From Vulcanimicrobiota bacterium (GTDB lineage: Bacteria > Vulcanimicrobiota > Vulcanimicrobiia > Vulcanimicrobiales > Vulcanimicrobiaceae), in the NCBI GenBank assembly GCA_963759245.1, contig CAVWYN010000003.1, positions 896,672 to 960,671 of the forward strand: 64,000 nt of DNA. Reading direction: 5' to 3'. Both the position numbers and the translations under genes were made by a program. Of the stretch, positions 45,940 through 53,724 are shown piece after piece (within the stretch, counting starts at the first letter, position 1; the number at the start of each line of letters is the position of its first letter). The notes under the pieces were generated by a model. It worked only from the letters and a program-made list of their open reading frames with translations. It searched no databases and had not been told where the DNA came from.

Positions 45940-47451
45940 CTACGACGCCTTCGTTCCTTCCCGGTAGCGGCGGATCTCCCCGGCCGCGCCATGCAAGCGC
46001 AGGAGTTCCTCGGCATTCCTCTTGAGCGTGAGGGCCGCTTTTGAGTCGCCGCTTTTTACCCGAATTTCGGCCATGAGGGCAAGAGCAGATGCGCGCGTCC
46101 GATTGTTGCCAAGCCGGCGCGACAAGCTCTCCACCTCCGCTGCGAGGTCCAACGCATCGGTAAAGCGGCCGAGCCTAAAGCACGCCGCGGATTGTGCGAG
46201 AATCGCGCGTGTCATCGCCTCAGAGCTCGAAGGAACGGAAGCACGCGCCTTAGTTGCGTATTGCATCGCCGACGCGGGTTTCTCATTTGCCGCGCAGAAA
46301 AGTGCTGCTTCGAGGGAGAGATACGGCACTTGCAAGGTTTTTGCAAGCGCGGCGAGTTCGCGAGCAAGTGGCAGACGCTCTACGGGATTCAAAATGGTTT
46401 TCACCCAGGCTCGCTCGATGGCAAACCGCACGACCTGATAGTTGAAGCCAAGCCGTTGCGCGGCGGCGTAGGCTTGCTCGATCAACGCCAGCGCGCTTTC
46501 GAAGCGACCACTGAAGCTTTCCGTTCCGGATTCGATCGAGGCCAGGTCAAACGTCGCTTCGCAAATCGCGTCGTTCGACCCGGCGGCGTATTTGCACGAG
46601 CGCACGTGCTCAAGCGCGCCGGCAACGTCACCGAGGTGGAGCGCTAGCTCGGCCTGGCGTATCGAGAGTGCCCGCAAAAGCTCGGAACGGCGCGCGTCCG
46701 GCGGAGCCTGGAGACGCGAGAGTGCCAGCGTTCCGCGCGCGAGCTCCAGATGCGCTCGCTGGTAGTCCGAAAGCAAAAAATAACATCGACTTCGCGCGAG
46801 GCTCACCCGCGCCGATGCGATCTCGCGATCGTCAACAGTTGGAAGAAGAGCCGCCTCCGCGGATGCTTGGGTGCAACGGTCCGCCGCATCCCCAAATTCG
46901 AGCCTCTGCATCGCACAATCCGCAAACAGCACGAGCGCTTTGGAACGCGTGTCACCCGGCGGAAGCGCCGCGCACAGATCTGCGAGAAGTAGGTCGGCCG
47001 ACTGCAACTTGCCGGCCTCGAACGCGAGATACGCCTCGTTGAGCGCGAGCTGGCCTCGACTGGGTCGCACGATGACGGTGTCCGCCACAGGCGCCGGCCC
47101 ACACTCCAGCGACGCGCAAAGCTCGTCGCAGAGGATTCTTCGTTCGCGAAAGAATTGCCGTCGAGAAATGGAGAGCGCGACAGTCAGCGAAGACCAGTGC
47201 TCCCCGCGAAGAATGTGCCGGTCAAAAATCTCACGGAGTCGAAGTGCGCGCTCGCCTTTCGAAGCAGGCTGCCGGGAGCAAATGACGTCGACCAGGCGGC
47301 TCAGCCGATCGTGCAAAGCGCGCACGAGCAACGGTTGCGGCAGGGCTGCCGCGGCCTCGCCGAGCGCAAGCCATGTTAACGGATGTTTGCGTAGGGATCG
47401 TCCGTCGCGCAGATGGCGAAAAAAGAGTCGAGACGTCGGTTCTCGTTTCAC
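45940..47451 (-). CDS. putative regulator: sigma-70 region-4-like HTH + helical-repeat domain (paralog 1)
   Basis: Full-length colinear with 49329-50843 (MKREPTSRLFFRHLRDG.. vs MKPEPISLRFFRHLREG..; LSISRRQFFRERRILCDEL vs LYISRREFFRIRELLCNEL). The GTG start overlaps the S41 stop (GTGA). Confidence 0.55.
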   Translation of the reverse strand: MKREPTSRLFFRHLRDGRSLRKHPLTWLALGEAAAALPQPLLVRALHDRLSRLVDVICSRQPASKGERALRLREIFDRHILRGEHWSSLTVALSISRRQFFRERRILCDELCASLECGPAPVADTVIVRPSRGQLALNEAYLAFEAGKLQSADLLLADLCAALPPGDTRSKALVLFADCAMQRLEFGDAADRCTQASAEAALLPTVDDREIASARVSLARSRCYFLLSDYQRAHLELARGTLALSRLQAPPDARRSELLRALSIRQAELALHLGDVAGALEHVRSCKYAAGSNDAICEATFDLASIESGTESFSGRFESALALIEQAYAAAQRLGFNYQVVRFAIERAWVKTILNPVERLPLARELAALAKTLQVPYLSLEAALFCAANEKPASAMQYATKARASVPSSSEAMTRAILAQSAACFRLGRFTDALDLAAEVESLSRRLGNNRTRASALALMAEIRVKSGDSKAALTLKRNAEELLRLHGAAGEIRRYREGTKAS

Positions 47452-49121
47452 CGATGAGGAGGACTCTGGCCCGACGCGCCTAGCCGCGTGAGGGCGTCGC
47501 GACTGCTTTGGAGTGCCGGATCGAGCTCAAGCGCACGGCGGTAGCTCTCGATCGCCGCCGTGCGATTGCCAGCGTCCGCGTAGGCCTCGCCGAGACTGTC
47601 GGCTGCGTTTGCCGAACCCTGGTTCGCCTCGGCGTTCACGGTAAACACGGCGATTGCTTCGCTGAGTCGCCGATTTGAGATCAGCGCGTAGCCAAGGTTG
47701 TTCAGTTTGCGTTCCATTTGAGTGAACTGATAGCGGTGTAGTGGATTCGACGCGTAGGCGCGATACGCCGCAAGGCCGCCGGCTGGTCCGCCGGCTGCAA
47801 CTCCCTTGAGCACGGAGTCTCCCAGCGATTCCCCCGGGCGATAGGCCAAGATGACGTCGAGCGCGGGGTCGCGACCGGCGACGTAATCGGCGAATGTCGG
47901 ATCGGCTGCGAGTTCGGGATCCGTCTCGATCCGTTTGTCGCGCGGGTCCATGTCTTGCCACCAGACCGAGGCCATGAAGACGCGCAGATGGCTGTTAGGA
48001 AGCTCGATCGGCGTTGGATCGCCGTAGGAGTTCACGTGCTGGCCCGTCGGCTGACCCACGAAAATCGCATTCGTGTAGTTTTCCAGCCGATTAACGAGGT
48101 TTTGTGCCGCAGAATACGTGTTCCGGCTGGTTAGGACGAAGAGGTGTCCGAGGCGATCGATCGACTGCATTCGAACCAAGCCGACGATTATGGGTGTGAT
48201 TAGATGGTTGTCGCCGCCGTCGTTCGTGCGAATATCCAGAACGAGCTTATCGACCCGCAGTCTCGATGCTTTTTGGAAAGCGTCGCTAAAAAATTGTTCG
48301 ACCGTTTCGTCTTTGGCATCTTCGACTTCATTGAACTGAATGTAGAAGAGGCGCTGCTCGGGCAGATATGTTGACCAAAAGGTGCGGTCGGGATGGGTCA
48401 GCCACAGCGGAGCGGGACCGGCACCGCGCGCGTCGAGCCAACCCGCAATGGGAGCATGGCCGAAGAGCGTTTGCATCGTCACCTGCGGCGTAACGGTGAA
48501 TCGGCGCATTGCAGTGCCTTTTGCGACTGTGAACGTGGCGCTGTCCGACGTCGGCTCGACCCCGAGTCCGTGCAAGACTCGGCCCGACGTCATGAGCAGC
48601 GGGCCAATCACCTCGAGCAATCCTGGATTGCCAGCGTCATGCGGCATCACAGCGAGGAGCTGCGTGTAAATGGCGTTCGCGTCAGTGCTGCCGATGCTGA
48701 CGAGACGGCCGCCCACTGCGTCGGCATACTTGGGCGCGGCACTTTCGACGTAAAGGCCATCGTCGTAATGGCGCAGGCGCAAGGGGAAGTAACTATCTTG
48801 CGGGAGACCGCGCGGACCGGTGTGGCTATCCACCGGCATGGCGGCTATCTCAAAAAGCCGCAGCGCGATCTGATCGTCGTTGAGCGTCGGAATGTCGGCG
48901 TTGAGCTGGTTTACTGCCTGACGGAACGTGTCGGGCGTCATCGTGTGAAAGAGGTCTTTGTGCTTTAGCGGCATCTCGTGCGCAAGAAACTGCAAGTCGG
49001 CTCGCCACTGATCGACCGTAAGCGGGACCGGTGCACGATCGCTCTGGGCGTATGTCGTGGCCGTGCCGAGCCCGAACGCGGCGAGCGCAGATGCGACGGC
49101 CAGAACAACAATCGTTCTCAT
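47448..49121 (-). CDS. peptidase S41-like protein with C-terminal TPR repeats, secreted
   Basis: Signal peptide, LVLDIRTNDGGD and TSRNTYSAAQ motifs in S41 order, and a C-terminal TPR (AIESYRRALELDP). Confidence 0.65.
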   Translation of the reverse strand: MRTIVVLAVASALAAFGLGTATTYAQSDRAPVPLTVDQWRADLQFLAHEMPLKHKDLFHTMTPDTFRQAVNQLNADIPTLNDDQIALRLFEIAAMPVDSHTGPRGLPQDSYFPLRLRHYDDGLYVESAAPKYADAVGGRLVSIGSTDANAIYTQLLAVMPHDAGNPGLLEVIGPLLMTSGRVLHGLGVEPTSDSATFTVAKGTAMRRFTVTPQVTMQTLFGHAPIAGWLDARGAGPAPLWLTHPDRTFWSTYLPEQRLFYIQFNEVEDAKDETVEQFFSDAFQKASRLRVDKLVLDIRTNDGGDNHLITPIIVGLVRMQSIDRLGHLFVLTSRNTYSAAQNLVNRLENYTNAIFVGQPTGQHVNSYGDPTPIELPNSHLRVFMASVWWQDMDPRDKRIETDPELAADPTFADYVAGRDPALDVILAYRPGESLGDSVLKGVAAGGPAGGLAAYRAYASNPLHRYQFTQMERKLNNLGYALISNRRLSEAIAVFTVNAEANQGSANAADSLGEAYADAGNRTAAIESYRRALELDPALQSSRDALTRLGASGQSPPHR

Positions 49122-49211
49122 GCCTTACCCCTGAGGCTTTGGCAGAGAGCCTCACCGGCTCTACGGGCTCGCGACTGCGGTTGTTTCGACGCTCATGGCT
49201 CCGCACCGTAT

Positions 49212-49252
49212 TTGGCACGAATCGAGTCACTGAGTGCCGTGGTTCGTGCCAA
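49212..49252. promoter_or_regulatory. 10-bp perfect inverted repeat in the divergent intergenic region
   Basis: ttggcacgaa (49212-49221) and ttcgtgccaa (49243-49252), separated by 21 nt. Lies between the S41 gene and regulator paralog 2. No T-run follows. Confidence 0.4.
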
Positions 49253-49328
49253 GTCTGGAGCATCCGGGGCACCAGAGCGAGGGCCTTTCGGCCTCCCTGC
49301 GAGTAACTGATTAGTAGGGAACGATACC

Positions 49329-50843
49329 GTGAAACCCGAGCCGATCAGTCTACGCTTCTTCCGCCATCTCCGAGAAGGGCAACTTCTTCGAGAGAATCCT
49401 CTAACGTGGCTTGCGGTCGGCGAGGCTGCCAGAACGTTGCCGCCGCCGCTGCTCGTCCGTGCAGTGCACGATCGCCTCAGCGACCTCGTCGCCCAAATAT
49501 GCACCGCTCCCGCGTACGTTTCGAGACCGGAACGAGCGCGTCGACTTCAAGAGATCTTTCGCAGGAACGTTCTCGGAGGCGAGCACTGGTCGATACTGAG
49601 CGCCGACCTCTATATTTCGCGGCGTGAATTCTTCCGCATACGCGAGCTGCTGTGTAACGAGCTTTGCAAGTTGCTCCAACTCGGGCCGCAATCGCCCGCG
49701 AGCGCCGCTATCATGCAACCAAGTCGCGAACGGCTCGCATACAACGAAGCCTATATGGCGCTTGAGGCGGGTAATATTGAGTCGGCAGAACGGATTCTAG
49801 AGACCCTTTGCGCGGGTAGGCCGTCCGGCGACATGCACTCCGAAGCCTTGCTGCTTGCGGCGGACTGCGCCATGGAGCGCCTCCGCTTCGATGCCGCCGC
49901 GGCCCTGTGTTCGCTCGCATTCGAGGCGGCCCGGATCGTCACAGACTGCGACGACCGCGCGATCGCGTCGGCTCGCGTGAGCGTAGCGAGGAGTCGCTAC
50001 TACATGCTAGTGTCAGACTATCGCCGTGCCGATATGGAGATCGACGCTGCGTTGAGCGGCTTGTCACGCCTGTCATGTGCGCCGGATCCGCGACGTTGCG
50101 AACTCATGAAGGTGATTTTGGCACGGCAGGCCGAGTTAGCGATCCACGTCGGCGACTTTAACCGCGCCCTGGAGCAGGTGCACCGAGCTAAGTACACCAC
50201 CGGTACGAACGACACCGTTTCCGCGGCCTCTTTTGACCTTGCCGTATCCGAGGCCGCCACCGAGACCTTCGCCGGACACTTTCAAAACGCGATGCTGTTG
50301 CTGGAGGAAGCGCTCGCGCGCGCCGAGCGGTTATGCTTCAATCGTCAGATCGCAAGACTCTCAATCGAGCACGCGTGGGTCGAATGCAGTGCTGACAGTC
50401 GTCGTGGGTTGTTGCTAGCCCCAAGAGTCGCCGCCGTCGCAGAGGCCGTGCGTGTGCCGGCGCTGACCCTGGAAGCCTCGCTCTTTTGTGCGGTGAACGA
50501 GCGGCCGAAGGTGGCGATCGCGTACGCATCACGAGCGCGTTATGCCAGCCCTCCGAGTTCCCTATCCGCGGCTCGCGCAACTGCCGCCCTTGCAGTGGCC
50601 TGCTACGAGCTGGGGCGTCTTGCCGACGCGCTCGACCTCGCTCGGGAGGTCGAAAAGTTATCGGAAGCGCTCGACAATAATCGCATACGCGCCTGTTCGC
50701 TGGCACTCATGGCGAGGGTCGAGCTTAAGGCACGCAATCGAAGAAGCGCGAAAGCTCTGAAGGACGACGCGGAAGAGCTCCTACGCCGATACGCTGCCCT
50801 TTCTGAGCGCAACACGTTCGCGCACTGGACACAGTCCTCCTAA
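49329..50843 (+). CDS. putative regulator: sigma-70 region-4-like HTH + helical-repeat domain (paralog 2)
   Basis: See 45940-47451. Followed 93 nt downstream by a propeller lipoprotein gene. Confidence 0.55.
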   Translation: MKPEPISLRFFRHLREGQLLRENPLTWLAVGEAARTLPPPLLVRAVHDRLSDLVAQICTAPAYVSRPERARRLQEIFRRNVLGGEHWSILSADLYISRREFFRIRELLCNELCKLLQLGPQSPASAAIMQPSRERLAYNEAYMALEAGNIESAERILETLCAGRPSGDMHSEALLLAADCAMERLRFDAAAALCSLAFEAARIVTDCDDRAIASARVSVARSRYYMLVSDYRRADMEIDAALSGLSRLSCAPDPRRCELMKVILARQAELAIHVGDFNRALEQVHRAKYTTGTNDTVSAASFDLAVSEAATETFAGHFQNAMLLLEEALARAERLCFNRQIARLSIEHAWVECSADSRRGLLLAPRVAAVAEAVRVPALTLEASLFCAVNERPKVAIAYASRARYASPPSSLSAARATAALAVACYELGRLADALDLAREVEKLSEALDNNRIRACSLALMARVELKARNRRSAKALKDDAEELLRRYAALSERNTFAHWTQSS

Positions 50844-50936
50844 ACCCAAGAGTGCCGAACTTCGTGCCGAGTCCGAAGCGCCTGTACGGCGTATCCGCCC
50901 CTAGCTGATATCGTTATGGCGCTGGAGGATCTGAGG

Positions 50937-51947
50937 ATGCGTTCAAATTTCTTCGTCGCCGCGTTACGCTTGACGCTCGTGAGTTGCGCCCTTGCCGCTT
51001 GCACCTACGCGGGTTCGGGCAGCCCCGTGCCGGCAAACACGCGCCCTCTCACGCAGATCCCCGCCACCTTGCAAGCCTTCGTCGGCTCGGGGCACGGCGT
51101 GGGGCTGAACCTGGTCGATGCGGCAAAGATAAAACCCCAACTCTACGTCAGCCAGTTCGCGACGACGGCAGTGAACGACTACTCCGCTCACAACAGGGGC
51201 GACGCTGCACCATTCTGTCAAATTGTCGGAACGAACTTCGTCAACTCGCTTGGCGTCGACAGCTCAGGCACCGTTTGGATCCCGCAGGGTAACCCGATTA
51301 AAATCACGTCAAACGGAGCGAACTGCGGTCCCGCGGGTACGACCTTATCCGATCCGAACGGCCAGCCGGTCGCCATCGCCTTCGATTCCAAAGGCACACG
51401 CTACGTCGCCGACATCCAAAACAACTCGAGCGGCCCCGGAGACATCTCCGTCTATCCCGCGGGATCCACGTCGCCGACGCGGACGCTCACGGGCAACTAT
51501 GTTTTTGCCGTCTTAGGCGTTGGCGTAGACTCAAAAGATAACGTTTACATGTCGTTCATCGATAGAAAGAACCGCGGCAACGTGATCGAGTTTGCGCACG
51601 GACAGATGCCCGGCAAGAATCTGACCGAAGTCCGGACCGGAACTACTCCGGGAAGTATCACCTTCGACCGTCATGACAACCTGATCATCCAAGATCAGGG
51701 GACTCGCATGACCGAGATCTACGCGCCGCCGTATACCGGTAAACACCGGAAGATCGCCCTGAAAGGCTACACCGTGCAATGCAGCCTCAACAAAAGAGAA
51801 ACCGCTCTGGCGTGCGCCGACTACGAGAATTCGACGGTCGATGTGTTCAGATACCCGTCGGGCAAGTATCTTTACAGCTTCAACAACGGCATCTCTGTCA
51901 GCGGGGAGCTGATTGGTCTTGCCTTCGATCCCGCCGCTCCGAATTGA
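50937..51947 (+). CDS. beta-propeller-like lipoprotein, subfamily B
   Basis: ATG 50937 with GGAGG upstream. Lipobox ALAACT. Blade-like units (GDISVYPAGSTSPTRTL, NVIEFAHGQMPG, TEIYAPPYTG, VDVFRYPSGK). Confidence 0.65.
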   Translation: MRSNFFVAALRLTLVSCALAACTYAGSGSPVPANTRPLTQIPATLQAFVGSGHGVGLNLVDAAKIKPQLYVSQFATTAVNDYSAHNRGDAAPFCQIVGTNFVNSLGVDSSGTVWIPQGNPIKITSNGANCGPAGTTLSDPNGQPVAIAFDSKGTRYVADIQNNSSGPGDISVYPAGSTSPTRTLTGNYVFAVLGVGVDSKDNVYMSFIDRKNRGNVIEFAHGQMPGKNLTEVRTGTTPGSITFDRHDNLIIQDQGTRMTEIYAPPYTGKHRKIALKGYTVQCSLNKRETALACADYENSTVDVFRYPSGKYLYSFNNGISVSGELIGLAFDPAAPN

Positions 51948-52030
51948 GCGATCGGTAATTCTGATGACCTTTTGTTCTCTTGTTAGGTTTTTTTGAGGAC
52001 TTTTTACTCGGCGAGACCTAGGCTTGACGA

Positions 52031-52564
52031 GTGCGAGGTACGTTCGGGACAGCTTTGAAGTCACGCGTTTACGCTATCTGCACGGGGCTGCGCGTCTACG
52101 CCGGCGTGCTTTGGCTGCTCTATGGAACCTCGAAGCTGCCCGACTGGCTCTTCAGCGGCAGCGAACTCGTGAAGACGACGCGGGACATGATCAAAACGAC
52201 TGGGGGGCCTTATCACAATTTCGTCGTGAGCGTGGTGATCCCGCACGGACAAACCTTCGCCGCACTCATCGCAGTGGGCGAGACGCTCTGCGGTATCTCG
52301 CTGCTGCTTGGGCTTTTTGGGAAGCTTGGGGGCATAGGTGGCATGTTCCTGACACTAAACTACTGGATGACGGGAGGGCAATATTCAAGCTACTGGGGTC
52401 TCATCAGTCTTGAGGCGGTCATTTTCGTGCTCAGCCTCTTGACCGTGCTGTTACCTACGGAAGAGTACCTCAGCGTGGATAAAGTACTTGTGCGGCTGCC
52501 GTTTGCCAAACGCATCTATCGCGCTCGAGGACAGGATGGCACCCAGCACCAGCTAAACGGCTAG
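52031..52564 (+). CDS. DoxX-like membrane protein
   Basis: Same helix pattern as 16962-17414 (VGETLCGISLLLG...LTLNYWM). Confidence 0.5.
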   Translation: MRGTFGTALKSRVYAICTGLRVYAGVLWLLYGTSKLPDWLFSGSELVKTTRDMIKTTGGPYHNFVVSVVIPHGQTFAALIAVGETLCGISLLLGLFGKLGGIGGMFLTLNYWMTGGQYSSYWGLISLEAVIFVLSLLTVLLPTEEYLSVDKVLVRLPFAKRIYRARGQDGTQHQLNG

Positions 52565-52857
52565 CCTCTGCGATCTCGTCTGCGCGGCGCAAAGGTGCAA
52601 CTTACGCAGGCGAATCGCTGGCGATTACGCCGCGTTGGAGCCTTTCGTGGATCGTCCTTGAGCGGCTCAGGGAATCCGCTGCTGCCGTCGCAGCCTTCGG
52701 GCAGCTGCCGCGCGACATGCGCGAAGCACTTACCGGAGGGCCGCGCCGGGCACTTCCGGCGGATGGCAACCGGCCGGCAACCGCGGAGCCCCGGCACCAG
52801 AAGGCTCACAGGAGACTAGGCCTCAAGAGTCCTGTAAAATAAAGCAAGGCACCGTGC

Positions 52858-52935
52858 GCGCCCGTAGCTCAAACTGGATAGAGCAGGGGACTCCTAAGCC
52901 CAAGGTTGCCAGTTCGATTCTGGCCGGGCGCACCA
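52858..52935 (+). tRNA. tRNA-Arg (anticodon CCT)
   Basis: Hand-folded cloverleaf: acceptor GCGCCCG/CGGGCGC, D arm GCTC/GAGC, anticodon loop CTCCTAA, T arm GCCAG-TTCGATT-CTGGC, encoded CCA. The anticodon stem has only three central G-C pairs. Confidence 0.8.
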
Positions 52936-53035
52936 TGCTTCGACTCCGCTCAGCATGACAGTGGCAGCTCCGTCCTTCGTCCTGCCTGCGCTCAAGGATG
53001 GCAGGTGTTGCGCGCCTTCGCTAAAGGCGGCTGCT
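52934..53035 (+). repeat. REP-like hairpin cluster abutting tRNA-Arg
   Basis: CATGC-TTCGACTCCGCTCA-GCATG, whose 5' arm begins with the CA of the tRNA CCA end. Followed by related hairpins (ccgtcctt...aaggatgg; gcctt-cgcta-aaggc). Confidence 0.75.
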
Positions 53036-53155
53036 TCCTTATAAAGGGCTTCCTGGCCGAGGCGACCCGGGCAGACGGGTCTACGAGGGACTCCGCTTGC
53101 TTCCTAGGTGGTGGCCGTTGCGGCCCGCCGGGTGGTATGCTAGCATGAACCTTGG

Positions 53156-53179
53156 AACGGACCGGCGGTCCGTTTTATT
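53156..53179 (+). terminator. terminator-like hairpin 20 nt upstream of rpmG
   Basis: aacggacc-ggc-ggtccgtt followed by a T-rich tract (ttttatt). Either the tRNA-Arg unit terminator or an rpmG attenuator. Confidence 0.45.
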
Positions 53180-53199
53180 CATGTTGTGGTAGACTACTG

Positions 53200-53364
53200 A
53201 TGGCAAAGAAAGAGACGCGCGTGGTGGTGGTTCTGGCCTGCACGGTGTGCAAGCGCCGTAACTACAACACGCAGAAGAACAAATCGAAGACGACGGACCG
53301 GCTGGAGCTGAAGAAATACTGCCGCTTCTGCCGCAAGCACAACCCACACCGCGAGACCAGATAG
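53200..53364 (+). CDS. rpmG: 50S ribosomal protein L33
   Basis: [54 protein letters not shown], 54 aa with CxxC...CxxC. Conserved position before tRNA-Trp and secE. Confidence 0.95.
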   Translation: MAKKETRVVVVLACTVCKRRNYNTQKNKSKTTDRLELKKYCRFCRKHNPHRETR

Positions 53365-53372
53365 AAGAGCGG

Positions 53373-53448
53373 AGGGCGGTAGCTCAATTGGTAGAGTCCT
53401 GGTCTCCAAAACCAGTTGTTGCAGGTTCGAGTCCTGTCCGCCCTGCCA
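53373..53448 (+). tRNA. tRNA-Trp (anticodon CCA)
   Basis: Hand-folded 76-nt cloverleaf: acceptor AGGGCGG/CCGCCCT, anticodon arm CTGGT-CTCCAAA-ACCAG, T loop TTCGAGT, encoded CCA. Confidence 0.95.
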
Positions 53449-53474
53449 CCCTTCGACTCGGCTCAGGGTGACAA
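53447..53474 (+). repeat. REP-like hairpin abutting tRNA-Trp
   Basis: CACCC-TTCGACTCGGCTCA-GGGTG. The 5' arm begins with the CA of the tRNA CCA end. Confidence 0.8.
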
Positions 53475-53489
53475 TATGGAAGTGAATAT

Positions 53490-53714
53490 TTGGTGAACGA
53501 ACAGCAGAAGAGAACGGCTCAGTCGATGGCGGGCGGCGATTTCGTTCGCGGCGTCATCGCGGAGCTGCGCCGCGTCACGTGGCCGACGCGCGACGAATGG
53601 ATCTCGGCTACGGTGCTGACGATCGCGCTGGTCGTGGGCATCGGACTCTTCACGTTCGTTGTCGACCAGCTTTTCGGCTGGCTCTTCAGTCTGATCCATC
53701 CCGCGACGGGATAA
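53490..53714 (+). CDS. secE: preprotein translocase subunit SecE
   Basis: FVRGVIAELRRVTWPTRDEW followed by a single TM helix. Conserved position before nusG. TTG or GTG start. Confidence 0.85.
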   Translation: MVNEQQKRTAQSMAGGDFVRGVIAELRRVTWPTRDEWISATVLTIALVVGIGLFTFVVDQLFGWLFSLIHPATG

Positions 53715-53724
53715 CCCAATAGTC

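Noticed and set aside
52565-52857. Possible SRP/4.5S-like or other ncRNA, and the 82-aa Cys-containing ORF 52561-52809 (-)
   Set aside because: I could not find the conserved SRP domain-IV motifs (GGAA / AGCAGCC spacing). The ORF is Arg/Pro-rich with no RBS or motif. It remains unassigned GC-rich spacer.
52858-52935. tRNA-Arg as a pseudo-tRNA, because positions 27:43 and 31:39 of the anticodon stem are non-Watson-Crick
   Set aside because: The acceptor, D and T arms are perfect, the 5' half matches the usual bacterial tRNA-Arg pattern, and the loop has U33 and A37. Kept as a functional tRNA with slightly reduced confidence. A tRNAscan score would settle it.
53153-53200. Leaderless rpmG driven by a TAGACT -10-like box
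   Set aside because: No acceptable -35 element lies at the right spacing. The evidence is too weak to call a promoter.
52858-53448. tRNA genes as integration sites for a genomic island or prophage
   Set aside because: No integrase, no direct repeat of a tRNA 3' end and no phage-like genes occur downstream. The following genes are the conserved rpmG-secE-nusG cluster.
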